Shown: one piece after another, positions 1-11,790 of the stretch
How positions within the stretch are numbered: position 1 is the stretch's first letter
Layout: every line of letters begins with the position of its first letter
Translations under genes and position numbers: made by a program
The notes under the pieces: model-generated
The model's input: only the letters and a program-made list of their open reading frames with translations
The model's database searches: none
Told to the model about the DNA's origin: nothing
NCBI RefSeq assembly: GCF_004010195.1
Contig: NC_057718.1
Location: 12,970,436 to 13,033,169, forward strand
Source of the DNA: Chiloscyllium plagiosum
Lineage: Eukaryota
Direction: 5' to 3'
Length of the DNA: 62,734 bases

Positions 1-215
1 CCTTCATCCCCTCCCCCACTCACCTATTGTACTCTATGCTACTTTCTCCCACCCCAACCCTCCTCTCACATATCTCTCCACCCTTCAGACTCTCTGCCTG
101 TATTCCTGATGAAGAGCTTTTGCCCAAAACATCGATTTTACTGCTCCTCGGATGCTGCCTGAACTGCTGTGCTCTTCCAGCACCACTAATCTAGAATCTG
201 GTTTCCAGCATCTAC
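1..215 (+). mobile_element. Penelope-type pLTR end with decayed hammerhead core
   Basis: CTGATGA..CCCAAAACATCG at 106-133, followed by GGATGCTGCCTGA..CAGCATCT shared with other copies. Confidence 0.7.
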
Positions 216-335
216 ACACACATAGGTGGCCTTGCTGATCTTTGAGGGGCCCTATTCTCTCCCTAGTTACCCTTTTGTCCTTAATATGTTTGTAAAACCC
301 CTTTGGATTCTCCTTAATTCTATTTGCCAATTCTT
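216..335 (-). mobile_element. CR1 ORF2 fragment
   Basis: LANRIKENPKGFYKHIKDKRVTRERIGPLKD; near-identical to ~62318-62420. Confidence 0.8.
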
Positions 336-1147
336 CGCGGTGTGTGAACATTACTGGCTATGCCAGTATTAACTACCCATCCCTAATTGGCCTTCAAATT
401 GCATCTATATAGTGTGTTTAAAGTAGATAAATATTCCAAGAAGTTTAAACAAATAAAATGGATTTTGGCCAAAACTTATGATAATGAAAGGACGACTAAA
501 TTCTTGGTGCAAGCAGCACCTTTTGAAAGGCCTTTGCGGGCGAAGGTGGAACAGGCAAAGCCACTTTGAAGACAATTCCAGAACATAAAGCCTAGACAGC
601 AGATTGAACAATGGAGTAAAATTAGCAGGGAACAATGTGAAGCAAAACATGAGCTCTAGGCAGCTTGTAAATCTAGAGTACGTTGCAGAGATAGAGAAGG
701 ATGAAATTATATAGTAATCTGAACACAAAAGGATAAAAATTTTAAATTGAATCTGTTAGTAGACAAGGAGCTAATGTAGCTCAGTGAACAAAAGTGGACC
801 TTGATGCAGACTGAGATTCATGATTGGGAGTAGCAAGCTGCTCCCAATCATTCAAAATGGCAACAACTTGCCCATTCAGCTGCATCCTGCCTCAGATCCA
901 CACGAGTTATTAATAAAGCAGAGTGGCAGCAAAGATTGAGAGAAAATGAAACAAATTGTGCACTCCAGATTCTATTGCCTCATGGGGCATTCTTTCCTAT
1001 GTGCCTAATGAGCTGCATGTCAAGATTTTGTCTTTTCAATTGAAGGTAGCCCGACAGCAGAAACACACCGGGCTGAATAGATATCATCCTTGAATTGAGT
1101 GACAGCTGATGACTTGAGATTAAGATACATTTAGCAGATAAGTATAT

Positions 1148-1345
1148 GGGGTCGGTTTAGATCAGTTGACTGGATGGCTAGTTTACAAAGCAGTGTGATG
1201 CCAACAGTGTGGGTTCAATTCCCATCACCAGCTGAAGTTAATGTGAAGGACTCTCCTTCTCAAACTCTCCCCTTGCTTGAGTACGATGGCCCCCAGGTTA
1301 AATCATCACCAGTTGTCTGTCTCTAATGAGATCACCCTTATGATC
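1148..1345 (+). mobile_element. Old tRNA-derived SINE
   Basis: Degenerate A box (TAGATCAGTTG) and B box (GGGTTCAATTCC); similar heads at ~3037 and ~29850. Confidence 0.45.
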
Positions 1346-2129
1346 TGGTAAGACTATGGAGACTTGACATCGAAAAATATGATATACACATAGACGAGGG
1401 TTTCAGGAACAGATGTTTCAAGGCTACAGTGCATGACACTGTAATCTTTTGCCATAAATTCTGTGTTTTATAATCCTGCTTCACAACCACCTGATGCAGA
1501 AGCAGCGCTTTAAAAGCTAGTACCTCCAAATAAACCTGTAGGACTATAAGCTGGTGGTGTATGATTTTTAACTTTGTCCATCCAGTCCAATACTAGCTCC
1601 TCCAAATCAGAGGTACATGAAAGTGTTCACCGTAATGCTGAGAATATGAAATTGAAAGCTTAGCTTGAATCAGATAGGACATTGAGGCTGTGAATTGTCT
1701 AGTTTCACTTGAAACAGTGGTCAGTGAGTGGGATGGAATTGAAGCCAACAGTCCAGGGTTTCTGGTGAGGCCAAAGACAATGACTTAAAATCTTCTCAAT
1801 GTTTAGCTATAGAAAATCGTGGCTTAACCAATATGCAGAAGATTTCCTTTTTAACTTGTTTGGCCTTCAAAGATGTCATGTACCAAAAACTATCTAGGGT
1901 CAAGTTCAGGTTTTAGTCTGTAGGTTCAATAATTGGATAATAAAGTGGTTTCTATTATCTTTTGTTGATGCCAGAAACCAATACAATGAATCTCCTCTTC
2001 ATCTCCCTTTCCTTTCTTCACCTCCTGTAACCCTCTCCCTGAGATCTCCTTCCTTCCCTCCCACAAATAGAGTATAAAACCAAAGATGTATCCTGTTCAT
2101 TCTAATAGAAACAGAGAAAGAAAAAAAAA

Positions 2130-2910
2130 TCAAAATGTGATCGTAAACTTTTACAAATGATTGGTCAGACAACATTTGCAGTATTGTATTCAGTTCTGGG
2201 TACTGTATTCAAGGAAAGATGTTCAAGCTCTGGAGGGACTGCGAAGGAGATTTACTACAATGATACCAGGAATGAGGGATTTATATACAAGGCTTAAAAC
2301 TGTGTTGCTGGAAAACCGCAGCAGGTCAGGCAGCATCAAAGGAGAAGGAGAATCGACGTTTCGGGAATTCCTGAAGAAGGGCTTATGCCCGAAACGTCGA
2401 TTCTCCTTCTCCTTTGATGCTGCCTGACCTGCTGCGCTTTTCCAGCAACACATTTTTAAGCTCTGATCTCCAGCATCTGCAGTCCTCACTTTCTCCACCG
2501 GATTTATATACAAGGAAACATTAGAGAAGTTGAGCTTATTGTCCTTGGAGCAGAGAAGGTTAAGAGGTGACTTTATTGAGGTATTCAAAATTATGAACAA
2601 TTTTGACAGGGTAAAGAAGGATATTCTGGTCTCACTAGTATGTAAGTAACAGGGAGGTTACAATTTCAAGACTATCAGCAATCTAGCTAGGAGTGAGATG
2701 CTTTACTCAGAGAGCTGTTAGGATTTGAAATGCACTGTCTGGAAGAGGGTGGATGCAAATTCTATAGGAGGTTTCAACAGAGATCTGGATATATCTTTGA
2801 AATTGATTAATTTAGAGGGCTATGGAGATAGGGTTAGAGAATGGGACCAGCTTGGGAGCTCTTTCAGGAACCAGTACATCCTCTTTTACATTGTAAAGTT
2901 TTATGATGTT
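2130..2910 (+). mobile_element. Decayed CR1 3' end interrupted by a mini-element
   Basis: VRQHLQYCIQFW and LEQRRLRGDFIEVFKIM remnants. Confidence 0.7.
2293..2499. mobile_element. Fold-back Penelope-derived mini-element with hammerhead core
   Basis: Inverted arms; 16-bp flanking duplication GGATTTATATACAAGG (2277-2292 and 2500-2515); CTGAAGA-A-GGGC-TTAT-GCCC-GAAA-CG-TC at 2371-2398. Confidence 0.85.
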
Positions 2911-3373
2911 ATATGAATCCACTCCCCCAGTTGGTCCAATAATCCTCTCACTTTTTAACATAGCTGACCTGAACATTGGATTTGACTTCTGTATGCACTG
3001 CTACAGAAAAGCAACCAGTACATAATAACAGCACAAGGGTTCTGTGGCACAGTGATAATATCCCTACCTCTGACTCAGAGGTCTGAGTTCAAATCCTATC
3101 TGCCCCCAGAAGTGTGTTATAACATGTCCAAACAGATTGATTAACAATAATAATGGCAGAGACACAATGACTGAAAGGTCTACTCTGGGCAGTAAATGAC
3201 AATACTTTTATCATTCCATGTATAATAATCTAATGCATTATTCTTGAAATATTAGGCTGAACTACTTAAGTCCCATGCTTGAGAAGCAATATTTAACAGA
3301 AGAAAAAAAGTTATTAACATTTTTTCTCTCCAAATCAGATCTGCTAAAAAGGCATTTAAGCAATCACATTTAC

Positions 3374-3463
3374 CCAAGGACCCCAGACATCTTTTCTTTT
3401 TCGTTGAGTTTTGTGAGTAGCAAGCATATTTTCCCAGGTCTGTGCTTCCTGCTGACAACCAAC
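3374..3463 (-). CDS. catspere: CatSper epsilon coding exon VGCQQEAQTWENMLATHKTQRKRKDVWGPW (last in window)
   Basis: Acceptor ...ttctcctcttag, 90 nt, donor gtaaat; phase 0 to 0. Resembles mammalian CATSPERE SGCLHEAQTWKSM...VWGPE (from memory). Confidence 0.88.
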
Positions 3464-4034
3464 CTAAGAGGAGAAATGCAGACAAGATTTAAATCTATGA
3501 ATGTTACCACATCTTTATTTAGTTTCATACCAAGTAGTGTTGCCATAATGCACTACAATGAGTGGCTTAGAGTGATGTATTTTGATTTGGTCCCATTTAA
3601 TGGTACTAATGGACAAACCAGATCCCATAATAAAATCTGGGATCTGATAATCATATTTTTAATTTATCTTATTGAGTTAGTTAACTGGTAGTTAGTCTCT
3701 ATAACATATTCACATGAGGCTTTTTTTGTTAAAACATTTGCAAACAACATTACACAAAAGAATGAAAATAATAAACTAAGGTATCTATATTACTTTTAGA
3801 AAGATATTAATGAAAACAAATAAACAAAGTTTCAATTTATTTCCCACGGCTATTCAGTTACAGAGACACAAGTCCAGTCAGCTCTTAAGTTTCTACTGGA
3901 CGTAAAATGTGTGATTTACATATAATTTAATATAATTTATTTTGGAATTTTTAACTTTTAACTAGTGGCATTGGGGTTTCTATGTGTCTGAAGAAGTTTA
4001 ATAAAGAACATTTCAATACTTCTGTTGCCATGGT

Positions 4035-4247
4035 CATGATTTGGAGATGCCGGTGTTGGACTGGGGTATACAAAGTTAAAAATCACACAACACCAGGTTA
4101 TAGTCCAACAGGTTTATTTGGAAGCACAAGCTCTCGGAGCGCTGCTCCTTCTTGTGGTTCTGGACCACCTGATGAAAAAGCGGCGCTCTGAAAGCTATTG
4201 CTTTCAGATAAACCTGTTGGACCTGGTGTTGTGTGATTTTTTAACTT
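4035..4247. mobile_element. Fold-back Penelope-derived mini-element, second family
   Basis: 12-bp duplication TGTTGCCATGGT (4023-4034 and 4248-4259); inverted arms; CTGATGA..GAAAGCTA at 4169-4197. Confidence 0.85.
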
Positions 4248-4454
4248 TGTTGCCATGGTGATTTCTTTTAAAAAAAGCCTGAGAAAGAGATAAGTGGGGA
4301 GACTAATGGGAATTTGTTTAGGAGTTTACGAGTGAACAAAATCAACAGTGTAGTTCATGAGTGTGGGATATAGGTAAAACAGTGTTACTTCTGCAAGTAT
4401 AATTGAGTACTAACTTTAGTGCATAATTATTCTAGCAAATAATTTCTTTCATTA

Positions 4455-4938
4455 TGATAGTTTAAATAATTTACAGTCTCAGCAAAATAGCTGAGATAGC
4501 TGAAATGCATAAACTAGGCAAGAAAAGACACATTGTTAAAATGTATATTCAGGAATGGAATATACCTATGAACAATGGAAGATGTTACAAGCAAACAGAT
4601 AAAGTGAAAAGAACATCAAGATCCAAGTTTAGCAAAATCTCCCTTATGTCAGCATTTACAGAGGGGAGGGTCGCCAACTTGGAGAAGGGGGGAGGGGAAG
4701 TAATAAGGGCAGAGTGCAGCTGGGTAGTGGCAGACCACAATAAGGGAGATTGATAGGTATGAAGACCTATGAGGTAAACAGGGAGTACCAAAAATTAAAA
4801 CTGTATAAATTGTAAAGCAATCCCTGTATGTGTGTGCCCACTGGTCACCCCTTCTTGCAAGAAGGTTTCAATAAAATTCGCTGCTTCAGATTTTGACTCG
4901 GACTGAAATTTATTATACTGTGAGTTTTATTTCTCACA
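4455..4938 (+). repeat. ERV-A 5' LTR
   Basis: Begins TG, ends CA; TATAAA 4804-4809 and AATAAA 4870-4875. About 15 differences from the 3' LTR (roughly 3%, counted by eye). Confidence 0.95.
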
Positions 4939-4941
4939 ATT

Positions 4942-4960
4942 TGGGGGCTTCGTCCGGGAT
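4942..4960 (+). promoter_or_regulatory. ERV-A primer-binding site, tRNA-Pro
   Basis: TGGGGGCTTCGTCCGGGAT equals the MLV-type Pro PBS (TGGGGGCTCGTCCGGGAT) with one extra T; 3 nt after the LTR. Confidence 0.92.
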
Positions 4961-5241
4961 GTCCTTCATGACCGGCAGGGTAAAGCACCGTCAACGGCTG
5001 GGAAGACGCATCCCGTTCCTTTTAGAAGGTCCCGTGTTCCTCAGCGGTGGGTTCCCCCTTCTGGTTGACTGATCGAGATCCGATGAGAGTCTATCTGAAC
5101 CAGGCGAGAGGTTGTAAGCAGGCACAGGGAGCTAAGCAACTCTGTGCACAGATCAAGGTAAGAAAATTGATTTTTAAATAATGCCTTGGTGGCTGGGATT
5201 GGGTTCTAGTAGTTAATAAGGGACTAACGAAGGAATTCAAT

Positions 5242-6867
5242 ATGGGTTGTGCCAAGGGAAAGGAAAAAGCCTCCGGGGAAAAAGAAAATGGAAATGGAGG
5301 TGGGGTCCCTGACAACATACCTCCAGAAAGTCCGTTGGGTCAGATTTTGTGGAACAGGAAAAAGATAGAGGGGAAAAGATAGGAAAAAGATGATTAAATA
5401 TTGTTGCTTTGTATGCACTGAGGAATCCATTCTTCATCCTGCCATCTTCTGGCCAAAGTACGGGTCGGACGAAGACTGGGTTTGTAAATATTTAAATTTA
5501 TATGTCGATGGAAAACAGCCTTACAGTCAGGAGGAATCAGATTATGCTTCGTGTCGGAAGGGCTTGTAGCTGAAGGGCTTCGTAACTAAATCGTGGACAG
5601 ACATCCAGAAAAATATTCAAAAGCTCGAGGAGTCATTGCAGGAAGCTCAAAGTGTTTATGAGATACAGTGTCTGTGTATGTGTGTGTGTGAGAAAAAAAG
5701 AGCTGTACAGCTAACAAAGTTTAACACTTTGTGATTCGGTTTGAATGCACATTTGGTGATTGAATGTTTGTGCTTTGTTCCCTGGAGCTTGAGATCCAGG
5801 ACTGTTTTGAATCTGATTTCTATTACGGAAATTTTAACATGATTTCTTTTAAGGTTAAGGATTTTACAGATTATGAAATAAAATGTTAACTCCTGTTCTT
5901 TTTACAGGTCATGACTGCCTTACTACCAGTTTCTAACTAATCTCTTTTAACTTTACATAAGAGCAATTTGTGGAGGACAGTTGAAGTCTCAGTTCAACAT
6001 TAGATTGTAATAAATCAAAAAAATCCTATGGTTAATATCGGTGACCTTGGATTCGGCCATTATTCATGCATTATAAGTTTTTTTTAACTTGAATAGACAA
6101 CTCCTTTTTAAGGCAGCTCTGGTTATTTCATGACCTATAGCATTGTAATTGAGCAATGACTGGTCAGGACTACTTAAGAAAACTAATTTTGGATTTAAAT
6201 CAAGGGACTAAAACCAGTAATTATAGTGGATTCCAAAGTTGGGAACTGTATGCATTTTACATTTTAAATATTAAACACTGAATAAATGAATTTATAATAT
6301 ATAAATATATATTTACAAGTAAGATTCCAAAATGTATAGTTAGGAACAGGCTTTAAAGTTAGACAAGCATAAATTGATAAATTGTGTTTGAGATTACAAG
6401 GAGAAAGAGGCTCCTGGTATTTGAGGTTACAGGGAGCAAGAAATATTGCAATATTTCTTTAAAAAAAAATCACGGTCTAAACAAAACATTGGGTGACCTT
6501 TAGGTGGCCCTAAAGCTGTTCACTTGGTTAAATCGGCTCAGCAATTGATCTGGCAACGTAACATGAGAAGCAGAAACAGAAGGCAAAAATAATGATAGCC
6601 ACAGCTGATGAGGTAATAAAGAAAAGGACAAACCTAAAAGGAGAAGGAAACCGGAATGGTGGCGGGCAGCATGTTGAAAATAAAGGGAGGAGAAGAGATC
6701 AGGGAGGAGATGTTAAGGGGTCTGGTAGACAGGAACAAGGATCCAAGTGGAAATCCCCACAGGCGGGATGTTATTACTGTGGAAACACAGGTCACTTTAA
6801 GAGAGAGTGTCCAGATCTGAAAAAGGAAGCAAAGGCAGTGCCATTTATGAACCTTGATGAAGAATAG
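5242..6867 (+). pseudogene. gag: ERV-A gag, deleted and interrupted
   Basis: MGCAKGK start (Gly2), matrix-like WPKYGSDEDWVC, capsid C-terminal remnant FVTKSWTDIQKNIQKL, one CCHC knuckle CYYCGNTGHFKREC, TAG at 6865-6867. Most of capsid is deleted; insert at 5664-6563. Confidence 0.9.
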
Positions 6868-6906
6868 GGGTGTCAGGGGTTCCTGCCCCCGGGGACCCAC
6901 CAGGAA
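6865..6906 (+). promoter_or_regulatory. gag-pol UAG readthrough signal: 8-nt spacer plus H-type pseudoknot
   Basis: TAG, spacer GGGTGTCA, GGGG(6876-79) pairing with CCCC(6886-89), TTCCTG(6880-85) pairing with CAGGAA(6901-06). Protease (FLVDTG) continues in frame, as in MLV. Confidence 0.8.
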
Positions 6907-9668
6907 TCCTTGATAAATTTAAAGGTGGGACCTTACAAAGAGGACATAGTTTTCCTAGTCGATACGGGAACAGCAAGGTCATCCTTAAATTTTAAGCTGA
7001 AAATGTGTTGCTGGAAAAGTGCAGCAGGTCAGGCAGCATCCAAGGAGCAGGAGAATCGATGTTTCGGGCATGAGCCCTTCTTCAGGATTTCTGAAGAAGG
7101 GCTCATGCCCGAAACGTCGATACTCCTGCTCCTTGGATGCTGCCTGACCTGCTGCAATTTTCCAGCAACACATTTTCAACTCTGATCTCCAGCATCTGCA
7201 GTCCCCACTTTCTCCTTAAATTTTAAGCCCAAGGCAGCGGGAACGAAAAGTTTAATTGGATTATGGCGACAGTTTTGTGATGAGAGGCACGAAGAATCAG
7301 TTTTGCGCTCATGACAAGACACTGCCACCAAATTGGGGACTGAATTAACTGCAAATGGTGCTATGAAATCTGTTGAGGTTCTAAAAAATGAATGTGCTCA
7401 AGCAAAACAATTACAGAAACAGAATGAGAAGTCACAAGTGACTGGTAAACAAACAGAACTGCGCAATTACAGTTTTTAAAATGTTTTAGTCACTTGTTGC
7501 GTTTCCATCCTGAATTATATAATATATATAATTAATAATTAATATTTATAATAAATCAATTGTGTTAGCCTGAATCAATATTAATTGGCAGGATTCCTTC
7601 ACACATTCTCAGTGACCAGTCATATTGATTCATGGTTAATTTGAAACATGACTGCATTAATTTATTGTTAATTAAAGAATGGAAAGCTACGTTACTGGCC
7701 GGAATGTGTGCAGGCAGTAGCAGCAACAGCCTTATTGGTAGAGGAGAGTCGGGAAACTTACTTTTGAAGGAGCCTTAATAGTCAGCACCCCACATCAGGT
7801 ACGGACCATACTAAATCAGAAAGCAGGACGATGGCTCACAGACTCTAGGATCTTGAAATAGGATCTTAATAGAACAGGATGACCTTGTGCTAGTCACAGA
7901 CAGTTGCTTGAATCCAGCTGCATTTCTGTGGCAGAGAGAGAGGGTGGCCCTTGACAATCCAGAACACGACTGCCTTGATATTATTGAATATCAGACTAAA
8001 GTGCGAATGGACTTAAGAGACGTACCGTTGCATGTGGGAGCTCAGTTGTTTATCGACGGGTCCTCCCAGGTGATTGAGGGTAAAAGACACAATGGATATG
8101 CTGTAATAGACGGGATAGAGGGAAGTGTTATCGAGGCTGAAAGACTGCCTAACAGCTGGTCAGCCCAAACTTGTGAACTCTATGCCCTAGAAAGAGCTCT
8201 CAGAACCTTAGAAAACAAAGAAGGAACGATATATACAAACTCCAAATATGCGTTTGGAGTGGTACATACCTTTGGAAAAATTTGGCAAGAGAGAGGACTG
8301 ATAAATAGCAGAGGAAAATAACTAGCACATGAGGAATCGATAAAACAAGTGCTGGAATCTTTGTAACACCCGAGAGAAATATCGATAGTTCATATAAACA
8401 GACATCAGAAGGGGAATGACCCGGAAGCAAGGGGAAATAGACTGGCCGATGAGGTAGCTAAAGAAGCGGCCCTAAATCCACAAGGAGCAGTGATACACTC
8501 CCTAATACCTGCAATTCCAGATCTTCAGGGTGCCCCGTTGTTTACTGCAAAGGAGGAAAAGGAACTAAAAGATTTAGGAGCTGCAAAGACAGCGGATGGG
8601 TGCTGGATGTTACCCGATGGGAGGGAAATGTTGAATAAAATGATGATGCGAGAGATTATGGCTGTCCTACATCAGGGAGTCACTGGGGAGTGCAAGCAAT
8701 GTGTGATTTAGTCTTAAGGAAATATGGATGCAAACGGATATATATGATAGCCAAACAGATATGTGAGGGATGCATAACATGTAAAAAAAAACAAGAAGGT
8801 GTTAAGGAAACAAGTCCCAGGAGGGAGAGAACCTGGCCCAGGACCATTTTAGAGCATTCGAGTAGATTATACCGAATTACCCCGAGTGGGAAGACTGAGG
8901 TATATGCTGGTTGATCACCTATCTGGATGGGTGGAAGCATACCCTTTAGCCACTGCCACCGCAAGTGGGGTGTCCAAGATAATACTCGAACAATTAATCC
9001 CTAGATATCTGATAGTGGAATGCATTGATTCAAATAAGGGAACTCATATTACCTCCAGGGTACTCCAGGGAGTAATGGAGGGATTAGGAATCTCCTGGGA
9101 GTTCCACACTCCTTGGCACTTCATCAGGAAAGGTTGAGAGGATGAACCAGACACTCAAGAAGCAGTTATCTAAATTAGTAGTAGAAACCAGACTCCCTTG
9201 GACTAAGTGTTTACCTATAGCCCTTTTGCGAGTGCGAACGGCCCAAGGAAAGATATAGAGCTGTCCCCTTATGAGATATTGTTTGGCCTGCCCTATCTGG
9301 GAACAAAAGGGGAACTGCCGATGCTGGAGACTAAAGATCTGTTCTTGAAGAACTATATACTGGGCTTGTCCTCCTCTTTGTCTTTCCTCAGAAAACAGAG
9401 TTCGCTGGCACAGACTCCACCCCCTGAATTTGCCGTCCATCCGATCCAATCAGGGGATTGGGTCCTAGTCAAATCATGGACTGAGACCAAATTGCAACCA
9501 GACTGGGAGGGGCCACTCTTGACCACTGAAACAGCGATAAGAACGGCAGAGAAAGGCTGGACTCACTACACTCGGATCAAAGGGCCAGTGGAATCTCCAG
9601 TTGAGACAGAAGTCTGGACAACTGAATCGACAAAAGAGCCACTTAAACTTACGTGGAAAAGACTTTAA
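6868..9668 (+). pseudogene. pol: ERV-A pro-pol remnant: protease N-terminus, RT connection, RNase H and integrase; RT polymerase domain absent
   Basis: LVDTG; WPECVQAVAATALLVEES resuming at 7696; RNase H LFIDGSS..SAQTCEL; integrase HQGVTG..C..C, DSNKGTH, GKVERMN, PDWEGP. Many frameshifts. Confidence 0.92.
6998..7212. mobile_element. Fold-back mini-element inserted in ERV-A protease
   Basis: 16-bp duplication TCCTTAAATTTTAAGC (6982-6997 and 7213-7228); ~90-bp inverted arms; hammerhead core at 7091-7118 and a mirror copy on the minus strand. Confidence 0.88.
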
Positions 9669-9820
9669 ATAACTGACTATACGATAGCGGCGTGAGTGTG
9701 GGATAGTTTCTGTAATACTGTATGCAAAGTCTCTCCTGATTATATGGTAGCAGCATAAGCGCGGGATAGTTTCTGCAGTACTGTATGTTAAGTCTCTCGG
9801 TACTTCCATACCACTATAGA

Positions 9821-11780
9821 ATGGGAAAAATGTTTAGGTACATTATATTAGCTTTTCTAGTCTTAGGACTCTGTCAGATTATGGTGATGTCGTCTTACTC
9901 AGTGATAACGGTTCCTGAAAGTACAAATCCACAAGTCATAGAAACAGTTGCCTGCAGTCTGGTGGATTGTGGAGATGTAATAAATCAAAGGCAGTACAGT
10001 AACTCAGAGATACATCTTAGATTTTATGAAAGAATTCCAGAAGGGGGGGTGTGGCATGAGATAAGACTAGCCGGAAGAAAATGTCCCAGAGAGAAAAGTG
10101 TAAGAGATATGTTCGGAATAAAGAATGTAAAGAGTGGCAGAGGCAGGAAGGCCTCAGAGGTGACCTCTTGATTAATCCACTCATTACAGTACACCCAGGC
10201 CCCTTCCGGCCGGCTCTTGACTGTCTCGATAAAAAGTGTAACCCAATATATTTAACAATAAAGAAAACATCATGGTATGAAGCAATCTTGGGGGAGAAAC
10301 CTATCAGGTCAAATTAAACTAAATCCTTGGAATAGAGATGAAAGCAGAATGGAAAGAATTTCCTGGGATGTTGTTTTAAAATACAGGTGAAAGACAGAAC
10401 CCGAGTAGGAGAAAGGAATAGTAAAATCCCTTACTCTAACCCTAAGGTGATAAAGATAGTAGAGGTAAAGGACTTAAAGCAGACCATTGAAGTAGAAACG
10501 GGATATGGGGATACAAATGCCTGGGTTGATTGGGTAAAGTACACTGTGAAAAGTCTGAATAAAAGCAATTGTTATGCATGTGCCTCTGTGAGACCAATGG
10601 CCCAAGTAGTCCCCTTTCCGCTCGGGTAGAAGCTAAATGGGAGGGGCATGACATGCATGATAGCCCTGTATCAGGATGAGACTGCATGGAGTAATAAAGA
10701 TTGTATGCCCGTTCTATTAAAGTTCTCTCCTCTGAAGAAGGAAGGCTTGAAGATGCCCCCCATGTTTTCAGCCGTGGTCGGAAATCACACCTTGTGTGTA
10801 AATAGGTGAGGAACAGATCCATCCAGATACTTGAGGGAGCTGAAATTATGTACCGAGATTGAGTATGTGACGGAAAAGGGAGGGAACTACTCAGCATTAA
10901 GGATTCCCCGAGCGGATCTGTGGTGGTACTGCGGAGGGAAAATATTGAGACCCACCCTACCTCCAGATTGGAGGGGCATGTGTGCAATTGTACAATTGGC
11001 AATTCCATTCACCCTGGCTTTTGAAAAGAAAGAGATAGTAAAGGAAGGGGGACAAAGTAAGAGATCACTATTGGGTACTTCGTTTGACGATCAGGTATAT
11101 CTAGGCTCTATAGGAGTCCCAAGAGGGGTACCTGATGAGTTCAAGGCTCGTAACCAGATCACGGCAGGTTTTGAATCAGCTCTCTTTTGGTGAGTAACAG
11201 TTAACAAAAATGTGGATTGGATAAATTATATTTTCTATAATCAGCAAAGGTTTATCAATCACACTAGAGACGCAATTAAAGGAATGGCCGAACAACTTGA
11301 TGCAACCAGCCAAATGGCATGATAGAATAGAACGGCCCTTGATATGATCCTAGCAGAAAAAGAGGGAGTGTGTGTAATGTTAGGAGGGAGCTGTTGTACT
11401 TATATTCCAAATACTCGAGTCCTGCAAGGTCTAACAACACTAGCCGAAGAAGTAGCCGAAAATTCAGGAGTCAGCACATCATTCACTGGGTGGCTAGAAT
11501 CGTGGTTTGGAAAATGGAAGGGTGTGGTGGTTTCGGTCCTTCCTCTTCAACCGTAGTGGTGGGAGTACAAGTCGCACTAGGATGCTGTATCGTACCCTGC
11601 ACACGGGGTTTAATTCTAAGGTTGATTGAAATAACTTCAGCCACATGAATGCCTTTAAAGAACAATCGGGGGGAAGGGTTCTACCTATTAAACAATGAGG
11701 GAATAAGTGACCTTGTGGAGATTCCAAAAAAAAAGAAATTTCGGAAAAGATGCTGGTCAATTTGGAAGCGACATATTAAA
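9821..11780 (+). pseudogene. env: ERV-A env, gamma-type
   Basis: Signal peptide MGKMFRYIILAFLVLGLC; CYAC (CXXC) at 10570-10581; QSKR cleavage remnant; IGVPRGVPDEFKARNQITAGFES; ISD-like NRTALDMILA; CX6CC at 11371-11397; hydrophobic anchor. Confidence 0.92.
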
Positions 11781-11790
11781 ACAAATGCAG

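Noticed and set aside
4280..4454. Alternative earlier start for the ERV-A 5' LTR at TGAGAAAG
   Set aside because: Not shared with the 3' LTR, and the ATTA TSD fixes the start at 4455.
4505..4753. ORF repeated at 11873-12076
   Set aside because: It lies within the LTR U3 and is frameshifted between the two LTRs; no evidence it is an accessory gene.
9821..11780. Domesticated (syncytin-like) env
   Set aside because: Multiple stops and frameshifts; the ERV-B env is similarly disrupted.
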